64,000 nt of DNA from Candidatus Omnitrophota bacterium (GCA_029261055.1 JAJDCA010000014.1:143984-207983); one strand, 5' to 3'. Shown: positions 50,891-59,423, numbered from the stretch's first letter. The notes: a model not told the origin generated them from the sequence alone. Numbers and translations are program-made.

Positions 50891-51193
50891 ATGACGGCAT
50901 CCCAATTCATATCCGTAAGAGAAACAGCCCAAATACTTTCTGTATCTGAGAAGAAAGTGATGGAAATTATTGCCGACCGAAAGTTGCAAGCCTACCGCAT
51001 TGCCAATAAATTTTTACGTCTCAAAAAAGCCGATGTATTGTTTTTGCGTAATTCCGGCAACATCGCCACCGAAACCATGGCTCACGCATACACCTCCTCC
51101 GAAAAAATAAAAGACTTTTTCTATTTTAACGACTTTTACCTACTCTCCGCCGTCTTCGCCAGCGGCTTGCTGTACGTCATATTTTTTACATAA
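50891..51193 (+). CDS. HTH_17 (excisionase-like) protein with C-terminal transmembrane helix
   Basis: FISVRETAQILSVSEKKV...KLQAYRIANKFLRL, then hydrophobic FYLLSAVFASGLLYVIFF; start moved to ATG 50891. Confidence 0.72.
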   Translation: MTASQFISVRETAQILSVSEKKVMEIIADRKLQAYRIANKFLRLKKADVLFLRNSGNIATETMAHAYTSSEKIKDFFYFNDFYLLSAVFASGLLYVIFFT

Positions 51194-51283
51194 AATATTT
51201 GGAAATCCCACCAAGTGGCCGTTCTAGGCTGAATATGTTACACTTTTCTTAAATCTTTTAATATTACTAATAGTCTAATTTTT

Positions 51284-54200
51284 ATGAAAAAAATGTGTAA
51301 AATAATCATTTTTCGTGTTTTTGTGTGGTTAATCTTTTTTATCTTTATGGTTCAAGGGATAGGGCCTTTGCCATTGTCCCATGCTCAGACATCTATGCCT
51401 ATCGAAGGTTCTGGTGTGCAAGGTTTACGTTTGGGGTTAACACCAATGTTTACACCTGTTTTGCTTAAAGGGATTAAAATTTTCCCGAGTAATCCATTTC
51501 AGTTTGAGTTTATGGTGGGTGCGGGCAATACGGTTGTGCAGGGTGATTTACTCAAAAAAGAATCATCCCGGCTTGTTAAATACTTTTTAACATCCCTTAC
51601 AGTCCCGGATGCAGATTTGTGGGTTAATCTTTCTCCAGACGAACCAGATCGGATTATTCCCGAGCAATTTGGTCAAACCGAAATGGGACGTGACCTGTTG
51701 GCACAGGACTACAGGCTGAAACAAATCACAGCATCATTGATGTATCCGGAAGATGAGTTAGGGGAAGAATTTTGGGATCAGGTGTATGAGCAGGTGTATC
51801 AAGAATATGGAACAATGAATATTCCGATTGATATGCTTAACAAAGTTTGGATTGTGCCGGAGAAAGCCGTTGTCTACGAGAATGTAGAAATGAACACGGC
51901 ATTTGTGCTGGAATCACGGTTGCGTGTTATGCTGGAAGAAGATTATGTAGGGGAGGGGCTTGCCCCCTCCCGTATTACGGGCAGACGCAAGGCCCGCCCC
52001 TACAGTAATTCTAATAAGATTTCCACCGCAGTCATCCGTAAAATTATTATTCCCGCCATTGAACGCGAAGTTAATCATGGACAGGGATTTTCTAAATTAC
52101 GCCAAATTTACCATTCCTTGATTCTTGCCACATGGTTTAAGCGCAATCTTAAGAAGTCTATTTTGAGTCAGATCTATGTGGGTCAAAATAAAATTACAGG
52201 TGTAGATATCCATGACAAACAAGCGAAAGATAAACTTTACCATCAATATTTAAAGGCCTTTCAGAAGGGGGCATACAACTACATCAAAGAAGATTACGAC
52301 CCGGTTACTCAGCAAATCGTACCCAGGAAGTATTTTTCAGGAGGGATTGAGTTGGCGATGCTTTCTTCAGGAAAAAAAGTTTTTGAGGCATTAGATGCGG
52401 CCATGCAGGTTACGAAAGAAATTTCGGATCAGTTGTTAAAAGAAATAACAGGGAAAACAGCAAGTTTTAAAGTACCTGTAAAGATTCTTCCAGAATCGGG
52501 GAAGGACACAAAAGGGACAAATTTAGGAATTTTTACAGCAAAAAAACAAAAGAAATTTAGAAATATTATTAATCCTAAAAAAGTAAAAACAGCGGAAGAT
52601 TTAGTCCGCATTATTGAGCAAATAAAAAAGGATAATATCCCAAAGGAAAGAAATTATTCCAAATACAGCCGCGTTTTAATAACCGGAATATCCATTCTTT
52701 CGCATGAATTGTACCAGCCATACCTTAATGATTTAGCCCGTATTAAGCTGAATGAGCTTAATACATTGGAAATTGACATCCAGGAATCTGACTTTAATTG
52801 GACAAAAGATATGCTGCATAGATTGCAAGTTTTAGCCAATTTTATCCCAACCATCGAAAATCCTAATGAGGACTTATTTATTGATGTTTTTGCAGGTTTT
52901 ACGGATGAACAGATAAAGATACTAGCAAATTCAGGGGATTTTCTGGATTTACAATTAAGTAAAAATTGTGTGCATCAATGTCTGTTTTGTAATGTTTCAA
53001 AGAATACGATACAAGGGGCCCCACGGCATATGCCATTTTCTCTTGCCATCAAAATAGCAAAGCGGATTCGTCGAGAAGGGCAATCTAATGTAAGTTTATA
53101 TCGGAAGAGCGACCCTTTGCATTATCATGACAAGGTCATTAATGCCACGTATGGTGATGTTGCTAGGCACTTAATTCCACTAGGGTATTATCTTTCTACA
53201 ATAACGCATGGGGATACAGGTGTTTTAGGGGAAGAGAATATGCGAGAAATTGTAAAAAGGTTTCCTCCATCCTTGTGGGGGCTCGAATTTAGTTTAAATG
53301 CTTATTATGCGAATGTAAAAAGGTATGCAATCAAAAAGGTGAATGGTGAAATAGATGCTGCGGAGGATGATGAAGTTAGGCAAAAACTTGTAAAGCCATA
53401 TGTGGATAATTTTGCTTCATTATTAGTAGAGCTTATTCCACAGGTTGAAGTAGACATAAGAGATCTTTTTTATGGTAAAAAAGTCGAGAAAATTTTGGAA
53501 GGGGCTGGTTTGCAGTTTGCGCTATCTGTTGTCAAAGAAATGCAATCTGTGCAAAATAAAATTTGGGAAGATGTCGGTAAAATTGTTTTTGAAAAAACAG
53601 GAAAATATATTCCTGTAAAGCATGATTTTGAATTTACAAGTGGCATTCGTTTTACTTATGATATGGTTTGGGAAAGTGATGCTGTATCATTTTTAAAAGA
53701 GTTAGGTGTTAAGGAAGATATTATTAGAGGCATTAATAAAAGTACACAAAGAGGGTTAGATGATCGTACTGAAGGCGAAAATTTTGTTTTACAGATTAAT
53801 ACAAATGGTTCTTTGTCATTACGAGTTGCAGAGGCTGAGGATCTTCGATTTAGAACCTTTGAAGAAATGTTTACGAGCGCTGATGCGGAAGGATTTCGCT
53901 CTTTTTTAGAGGTTATTAAAATTGTTCTTAAAACAAATTCTTTTAAATTTGATAAACAAATGGATGCAAAAGTATTAAGAAAAGATGTTAGTAAGGGGGT
54001 GCTTAAAAAATTATTTAAGAATGCTCTTAATTCCTCGGAAGATATTGAGAAATTCTTAATTAATAGAAGTTATTTGGTGAAAGGTTCAACACTTCAAACA
54101 TTCCACTATTTTGAAGTATTATTTGGTTTTTTTTATTCTAAAGAAGACATGTTGGCTGATTTGAAAAATAAGAAGTTTGAAGATATGTTTGAGAAATTAA

Positions 54201-54757
54201 AAAAAGTGCCTTTTCCTATTGGGGTAGACTTTTTTGTTAAGTTTAAACAAAAACAGTTTTTAGATAGGTATTCTTACCGAATTATTAAGGATCAGCATCC
54301 AAGATATCCGAGAAATATTAATCAATCAGTTCGTCATTTCAATTTGTCAAAAAATGTATTTTCCTCATTAAGAGAAAATAATCCTCTTGAAATTGAATAT
54401 GAAAAGTTAGAACGCCCGTCATTTATTGATGAAAGCAACCAAACTGCTTTTTATGATTCGGCACTTCTTGCAGACGGGCTTAATGAGAAATTTGGCGGGA
54501 TTGATTTGACTGCGGATAGTTTGCCTTTGCAGGCACGTGGAGAGGGAATTGAGTTTAAGTTTCCTTCTAACAGTAATATTCCTTGTTTCGATGATGACAA
54601 CGACGGTACCTGTGACCGTATTGATGTAGAAGGGCTTGCTACTATGTCCATCACGGGATTTCGGCCGGAGTTTTTTGAAATTGTGCCGGTGAATAGTGTG
54701 TCGGGATGGTTGGGCATTTCAGTGCAACGACCAACCATCCCAGATCTGTCTTTATGA
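51284..54757 (+). CDS. Large secreted modular protein: signal peptide, uncharacterised N-terminal domain, radical-SAM-like central region, GGIDL C-terminal module
   Basis: Signal peptide ending SHA|Q; GRDLLAQDYRLKQITASL...RKYFSGG domain; CVHQCLFC (CxxxCxxC); KFGGIDL tail. Confidence 0.8.
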   Translation: MKKMCKIIIFRVFVWLIFFIFMVQGIGPLPLSHAQTSMPIEGSGVQGLRLGLTPMFTPVLLKGIKIFPSNPFQFEFMVGAGNTVVQGDLLKKESSRLVKYFLTSLTVPDADLWVNLSPDEPDRIIPEQFGQTEMGRDLLAQDYRLKQITASLMYPEDELGEEFWDQVYEQVYQEYGTMNIPIDMLNKVWIVPEKAVVYENVEMNTAFVLESRLRVMLEEDYVGEGLAPSRITGRRKARPYSNSNKISTAVIRKIIIPAIEREVNHGQGFSKLRQIYHSLILATWFKRNLKKSILSQIYVGQNKITGVDIHDKQAKDKLYHQYLKAFQKGAYNYIKEDYDPVTQQIVPRKYFSGGIELAMLSSGKKVFEALDAAMQVTKEISDQLLKEITGKTASFKVPVKILPESGKDTKGTNLGIFTAKKQKKFRNIINPKKVKTAEDLVRIIEQIKKDNIPKERNYSKYSRVLITGISILSHELYQPYLNDLARIKLNELNTLEIDIQESDFNWTKDMLHRLQVLANFIPTIENPNEDLFIDVFAGFTDEQIKILANSGDFLDLQLSKNCVHQCLFCNVSKNTIQGAPRHMPFSLAIKIAKRIRREGQSNVSLYRKSDPLHYHDKVINATYGDVARHLIPLGYYLSTITHGDTGVLGEENMREIVKRFPPSLWGLEFSLNAYYANVKRYAIKKVNGEIDAAEDDEVRQKLVKPYVDNFASLLVELIPQVEVDIRDLFYGKKVEKILEGAGLQFALSVVKEMQSVQNKIWEDVGKIVFEKTGKYIPVKHDFEFTSGIRFTYDMVWESDAVSFLKELGVKEDIIRGINKSTQRGLDDRTEGENFVLQINTNGSLSLRVAEAEDLRFRTFEEMFTSADAEGFRSFLEVIKIVLKTNSFKFDKQMDAKVLRKDVSKGVLKKLFKNALNSSEDIEKFLINRSYLVKGSTLQTFHYFEVLFGFFYSKEDMLADLKNKKFEDMFEKLKKVPFPIGVDFFVKFKQKQFLDRYSYRIIKDQHPRYPRNINQSVRHFNLSKNVFSSLRENNPLEIEYEKLERPSFIDESNQTAFYDSALLADGLNEKFGGIDLTADSLPLQARGEGIEFKFPSNSNIPCFDDDNDGTCDRIDVEGLATMSITGFRPEFFEIVPVNSVSGWLGISVQRPTIPDLSL
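51947..52003. repeat. GTAG-type REP doublet inserted in frame within CDS
   Basis: GTAGGGGAGGGG-cttg-CCCCCTCCCGTA...TACGGGC...CGCCCCTAC, 57 nt, begins on a codon boundary. Confidence 0.75.
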
Positions 54758-55069
54758 TTTCTTTTCTAATACTTTTGTCAATTCCCCGCTATTGTGCAGT
54801 TCTATGAGGATGTCACAACCGCCGACAAATTCGCCGTTGGCGTAGAGTTGGGGGATGGTAGGCCAGTCGGAGTATTCTTTAATACCTTCACGAATGTCTT
54901 GGTCATCAAAGATGTTGAATGTTTCAAATTTAACTTTGTATTGGTCAAGGATATCCACCGCCGTTGCCGAAAATCCACATTGAGGAAAGTCGGGTGTGCC
55001 TTTCATGTAGAGAAAGATGGCATTGGATTTGATTTGGTCTTCTATTTTTTGTTTAAGTTCATCGGTCAT
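54752..55069 (-). CDS. grxD: Monothiol glutaredoxin Grx4
   Basis: MKGTPDFPQCGFS, WPTIPQLY, GGCDI. Confidence 0.96.
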   Translation of the reverse strand: MTDELKQKIEDQIKSNAIFLYMKGTPDFPQCGFSATAVDILDQYKVKFETFNIFDDQDIREGIKEYSDWPTIPQLYANGEFVGGCDILIELHNSGELTKVLEKKS

Positions 55070-55084
55070 TGTGTCTCCTTTTTT

Positions 55085-55180
55085 AAAAGAAGCAAAGATG
55101 TAAAGAGGTAAGAGGTAGAGAAAAAATCATGTTGATGAAGCTTTTCTCTGCTTCTTGCGCCTTTGCTTCTTGTTTCTTAA
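55085..55180. repeat. Degenerate 7-8-mer inverted repeat element, copy D
   Basis: aaagaagc-aaagatgt-aaagaggt-aagaggt-agag ... ctctgc-ttcttgc-gcctttgc-ttcttgt-ttcttaa between bolA and grxD. Confidence 0.7.
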
Positions 55181-55182
55181 CA

Positions 55183-55443
55183 CTAGAATCCATATTGTGT
55201 TTTTACTTCATTCCATTTATTGGGGGTAAACGTCCTTAACCCTAGGGCATGGACGGATTGTTTGAATTCTTCCTTTAAAGGTTTCATGACCATTTGATGC
55301 TGCTTAACAAGAGGCAGGCCTTCAAAGTTGGGGCTGATGACAATGGCTTCAAAATGCTGGCCGTCGTCTTTGGGTTCCATCACATGGGCCGTGGCACCTG
55401 TAACGGAGGATTCAATCATTTGTTTGAGGTCTTCTGACATCAT
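55183..55443 (-). CDS. bolA: BolA/IbaG family protein
   Basis: DGQHFEAIVISPNFEG, QHQMV, VHALGLRTFTP. Confidence 0.92.
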   Translation of the reverse strand: MMSEDLKQMIESSVTGATAHVMEPKDDGQHFEAIVISPNFEGLPLVKQHQMVMKPLKEEFKQSVHALGLRTFTPNKWNEVKTQYGF

Positions 55444-55462
55444 AAAATATTCCTTTCGAGTG

Positions 55463-55508
55463 AACCGTACACAAACCTCATGCAGACCCCCGAGGTTTGT
55501 GTCTGGTT
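55463..55508. repeat. AACCGTA(A/C)AC-type palindromic repeat, copy 1
   Basis: AACCGTACACAAACCTC...GAGGTTTGTGTCTGGTT; overlaps the gshB stop. Confidence 0.65.
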
Positions 55509-56425
55509 ACAAAGTCAATAACAGTATCTTCTAAACGGCCGTTGTTCAGCCGGTTGATTTCTTGTAAACAGGTAGGGGAGGTGACATTGACTTCGATGAG
55601 ATGATCACCGATTACGTCGATGCCTACAAAGTGCAACCCCAGTTTTTGTAAATGCGGTTTGAGAATTTGAATGATTGCCTCATCCCGCTTGGTTATTTCG
55701 GCGGGCATGGGTTTGCCGCCGGCAAAAAAATTGTTACGGTGTTCATCTTTTGCGTGCACACGCAATACCGCTCCGAGAGGGTCGCCATTAAGAAGAAGGA
55801 TGCGTTTATCGCCTTGGCTGGCTTCAGGTAAACATTGTTGCAGGATAATATCCTGAGCGCCATTGTGTGTTAAGGTTTCGATGATGACGCCAATATTTGT
55901 GTCGCCTTCACGGATACGAAAGATACCTTGGCCACCGTAGCCATTGATGGGCTTGGTGACGATTTCTTTTTCTTCAGATAAAAAGGCAAGGATGTCTGCT
56001 TTATTGCGTGTGATCAGGGTTCGGGGAATGAGCGAAGAAAATTGTGTCACCCAAATTTTCTCATTCGTCGTACGAATACCATTGGGGCTGTTCATGACAA
56101 GAATGCGTTCAGGCAATAAATCCAAGAGCCAGGTATTAAATAAATATTGAGCATCAAAAGGTGGATCATTGCGGATGAATACGGCATCAATGCTGTCTTC
56201 CGTTAAGGTAGCCATTTCATGTTGAATAAAGGGCTGTTCAGCGACTTGCTGGGGTGTGACTTCCGTGCAAGTAAAATGAAGTTTCCCATTTTTTTGTGTC
56301 AGTCCACCATTGTGGCAGGCATACACCTTGTGCCCTTTGCGATGGGCGCCGAGCATTAGAATAAACGATGTGTCTTTCTCCATGATGACGGTATGGAGAG
56401 GGTCCATGAGGAATACAAAATTCAT
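55478..56425 (-). CDS. gshB: Glutathione synthetase
   Basis: FLMDP, KDTS, RNDPPFD, NEK, KPINGYGG, GDKRILL, EVNVTSPT. Confidence 0.96.
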   Translation of the reverse strand: MNFVFLMDPLHTVIMEKDTSFILMLGAHRKGHKVYACHNGGLTQKNGKLHFTCTEVTPQQVAEQPFIQHEMATLTEDSIDAVFIRNDPPFDAQYLFNTWLLDLLPERILVMNSPNGIRTTNEKIWVTQFSSLIPRTLITRNKADILAFLSEEKEIVTKPINGYGGQGIFRIREGDTNIGVIIETLTHNGAQDIILQQCLPEASQGDKRILLLNGDPLGAVLRVHAKDEHRNNFFAGGKPMPAEITKRDEAIIQILKPHLQKLGLHFVGIDVIGDHLIEVNVTSPTCLQEINRLNNGRLEDTVIDFVTRHKPRGSA

Positions 56426-57726
56426 TTTACATTTTCTTCCAGGCGAATAATTTCTCGATGCGCGGCAATGGCGGCAATACGGGCTAAAATGCGGTAGACG
56501 TCAAAAACATTGACATCATGATGAACTCCGCAGTCACCGTATTTACTGAGATGCGGACACATTTTTTTAAAGACCATGCCTTGGGCATTCAAATTGTCGC
56601 GCTGACCTTTACCGGCATGCGAACGGTAAAATCCACCGACAAGATTATTTTCAATTTGGTAAATGCACGCTTCACTGACTTCTTGTTCGATATTGTAAAT
56701 GGTGGACACCCCTTCCTGCAGAAGGAATCGGTCAATGATTTGTGCGCTTTTACCTTTGTACATCTTGTTACGATTTTTTCGGTTGAGCGTGAGAATATCT
56801 TTGGCATCCTCGATGGGAAGCACGCCCATGCCGTATGTTCCGGAATTTGATTTTAAAACAAGGTAAGGCTTTTCACTAATGTTGTGCTCTTTGTATTTGG
56901 CTTTAATATTGTTCAGTAAATCGGTAGCCGTATCAGCTAAAAGGGTGCGGTCATTTTCTTGATTAATGTTAACGTTGTTTACAACAGAGAATAAGCAGGA
57001 AAAAATCCAAGGGTCAACGTTAAGAATTTTGGCAAACTCTTCGATGAGATCTTTGGTGTGATCGAAATGATGCGACTTAAGGCGCGAATGCCAACCCGCC
57101 TGAATAGAAGGGTAGATCGGCACTTTAGCATTTTTTAAAACATCCGGAATTCCAGTCGTCAAATCATTATTCATGATCATCAAATCAAATTGTTGATGTC
57201 CTGCTTCGTAATCCGCTAAGATTTTTTTGAAACAGTGGATTTTAACGGGATGACCTGTGGCGGTCTCCAATTCAATCGCATGAGCCTTTTCACAAAAGCT
57301 TGGTTGAACGGTTAGAAAGGTTGCGATTTTGACATTGAATCCAGCACGTTCAATGATTTGCTGTAGGATGCGGACGTTTTCCAAATACCAGGCATTACGT
57401 GTGTGCTCTTCGGCAATAATGAGAATATTCTTACATTGCGGCATACGATTAAGGACTGCTTTACGGAGAAATTCGACGGAGTCAGTCAGACCGTGTTCAC
57501 AGAGATTGTTAAATCCGGCGGGAAAAATATTGGTATCCACGACGGCCATCTTAAATCCAGCATTACGAATGTCCACGGAAGAATAGAGAGGGAGTTCTTT
57601 GGCTTCTTCGTACGATTCCAGGAAGCGAAGGATTTCAGCTTGTTTATTTTGGATGCTTTCAATCAGTTGAGGCATCGGGTGCGTTGAATGCAAATGTGAT
57701 GTTTTATTCATGCCTGTATTATCCAT
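56422..57726 (-). CDS. gshA: Glutamate--cysteine ligase, divergent ATP-grasp GshA type
   Basis: YSSVDIRNAGFKMAVVDTNIFPAGFNNL, EEHTRN, NNDLTTG, GWHSRLKSHHF, GTYGMG, QEGV, NLNAQG; overlaps gshB. Confidence 0.9.
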   Translation of the reverse strand: MDNTGMNKTSHLHSTHPMPQLIESIQNKQAEILRFLESYEEAKELPLYSSVDIRNAGFKMAVVDTNIFPAGFNNLCEHGLTDSVEFLRKAVLNRMPQCKNILIIAEEHTRNAWYLENVRILQQIIERAGFNVKIATFLTVQPSFCEKAHAIELETATGHPVKIHCFKKILADYEAGHQQFDLMIMNNDLTTGIPDVLKNAKVPIYPSIQAGWHSRLKSHHFDHTKDLIEEFAKILNVDPWIFSCLFSVVNNVNINQENDRTLLADTATDLLNNIKAKYKEHNISEKPYLVLKSNSGTYGMGVLPIEDAKDILTLNRKNRNKMYKGKSAQIIDRFLLQEGVSTIYNIEQEVSEACIYQIENNLVGGFYRSHAGKGQRDNLNAQGMVFKKMCPHLSKYGDCGVHHDVNVFDVYRILARIAAIAAHREIIRLEENVK

Positions 57727-57763
57727 AAAATAAGGGGATTGTCGAGGCTAAAATGTTGGGGCT

Positions 57764-57804
57764 AACCGTAAACGAACCAGGTACTACTTGGTTTGTTTGT
57801 GGTT
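57764..57804. repeat. AACCGTA(A/C)AC-type palindromic repeat, copy 2
   Basis: AACCGTAAACGAACCAG...TTGGTTTGTTTGTGGTT; overlaps the symporter stop. Confidence 0.6.
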
Positions 57805-59025
57805 TACAAGTTTTTGCACGACCATGCTGCCGATGGTGTCGCCTTCGACATTGACGGTGGTGCGGATAGCATCAAGGATGCGGTCGATGGGGAGAAGGAT
57901 GGCAATCGCTTCAGCCGGGAGGCCGACGGATTGCAGGACCATCACCATCGTTACCATGCCGGCACTTGGAATGCCTGGTGCACCAATGGCGGCAATGATG
58001 GCGGTGAAAAAGACAACGAGTTGTTGAACAATATTAAGATCAATACCCATGATGTTGGCCACAAAAAGAGCAGCCACGGCTTCGTAAAGAGCGGTGCCGT
58101 CCATGTTAATGGTGGCCCCTAAGGGCAGAACAAATCCAGCCACATCTTTGTCGACTTTTAAATTGTTTTCGACACAACGCATGGTAATCGGCAGTGTCGC
58201 AGAACTTGAACTTGTTGAGAACGCTGTTACGAGAGCTTCACGAATTCCGCCTAAGAATTTTAAAGGGCTGAATTGTGTGACGGCAAACAAGATTGTTGGT
58301 AGAGTTACAATGCCATGAAATAGTGTAGCCCCAATCACGACGGCCATGAATTTACCTAGAGCAGACAGGAGTGTGACGTCTTGTGTCGCAATTAATTTTA
58401 TCAAAAGGGCCATGATGCCGATGGGGGCAATACGCATGATCCAGCCGACCATCATCATGATGAGCTCAAAAAATTCATTGAGAATGTTAAGGATATTTTT
58501 AGCTTTTTGACCAGCCATGACAAGGGCAATACCTAAAAGTAAGGCAAATAAAACGGTGGGTAAAACTTTTCCTTGAGCCATGGCTGCAAAAGGATTCATA
58601 AAGAGATTAGAAAAAAATGTTTGAATGAATTGAGAGAGCGTAACAGAGTCAGCAGAAAATGAGGCCATTGCATCCTGAAATAAAGCAACTTCAAGGCCAA
58701 CGCCGGGTTTAAATACGTTAACGACAATCAAGCCCAGGAGGACAGAAAGGGCTGTTGTGGAAATAAAATACACAAGGGATAGCTTCCAAACACGATCCAT
58801 TTGCGCGTGTGCCCGCAGGTTAGCAATACCCACGGTAATAGAGGTAAAGACGAGCGGAATCAAAATCATTTTTAAAAGATCAATGAAAATACCGCCTGCA
58901 ATTGTGCAGCCGTAAAGCGTGGGGGAGTAGACCGCATGTTCAGCTCCCAAGCGGCTTAAAATTAGCCCACCGAAAATGCCAATTACGGCGCCAGTCAGGA
59001 TTTGGAAGTTTAAGGAAAGTTTCAT
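57784..59025 (-). CDS. Dicarboxylate/amino acid:cation symporter (DAACS, GltP family)
   Basis: AFSTSSSSATLP, LPLGATINMDGTALY, GAPGIP, DRILDAIRTTVNVEGD. Confidence 0.95.
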   Translation of the reverse strand: MKLSLNFQILTGAVIGIFGGLILSRLGAEHAVYSPTLYGCTIAGGIFIDLLKMILIPLVFTSITVGIANLRAHAQMDRVWKLSLVYFISTTALSVLLGLIVVNVFKPGVGLEVALFQDAMASFSADSVTLSQFIQTFFSNLFMNPFAAMAQGKVLPTVLFALLLGIALVMAGQKAKNILNILNEFFELIMMMVGWIMRIAPIGIMALLIKLIATQDVTLLSALGKFMAVVIGATLFHGIVTLPTILFAVTQFSPLKFLGGIREALVTAFSTSSSSATLPITMRCVENNLKVDKDVAGFVLPLGATINMDGTALYEAVAALFVANIMGIDLNIVQQLVVFFTAIIAAIGAPGIPSAGMVTMVMVLQSVGLPAEAIAILLPIDRILDAIRTTVNVEGDTIGSMVVQKLVNHKQTK

Positions 59026-59132
59026 TCAGAAATGGCCTCATTATTTAATTTCTTTAATGATTTAAAAATAGAATAGCAGTTTTTCTTAAAAGTACAACCA
59101 AAATTCTTACAGTCAGGGGTAATTTGAGTGGG

Positions 59133-59403
59133 CCTAGTTGTGAAATTGCCCTGCGGGGCAACTTCACAAGTCTGTTAAAATTAAATTTTTTGTGTTAAAG
59201 GTGGGGTAGGTTAGGTTTAATTATTCTTTGAATAATGATGTGTCTTTATGTTGCTAAAATCTTGATTTGTACATTTATTCGTCGGTATTTTTAAGATTAT
59301 TTTCATTAGAATTAATAAGTACGTACGCGCGTACGTACTTTATTGTCGGGAATATGGGGTGGAAAGTTATGAAATTGCCCCGTGGGGCAACTTTACAACT
59401 AGG
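59133..59403. repeat. Pair of about 38-bp palindromic repeats in inverted arrangement (MITE-like) enclosing a 24-bp perfect palindrome
   Basis: CCTAGTTGTGAAATTGCCCTGCGGGGCAACTTCACAAG (59133-70) and AAGTTATGAAATTGCCCCGTGGGGCAACTTTACAACTAGG (59364-403); AAGTACGTACGCGCGTACGTACTT at 59317-40. Confidence 0.65.
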
Positions 59404-59423
59404 ATTTTATTGAGATTTATTGA

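Noticed and set aside
50262-51193. Prophage or ICE excisionase genes
   Set aside because: No integrase, att-like tRNA or phage genes nearby; the HTH domains are fused to bactofilin or a TM helix within a housekeeping run.
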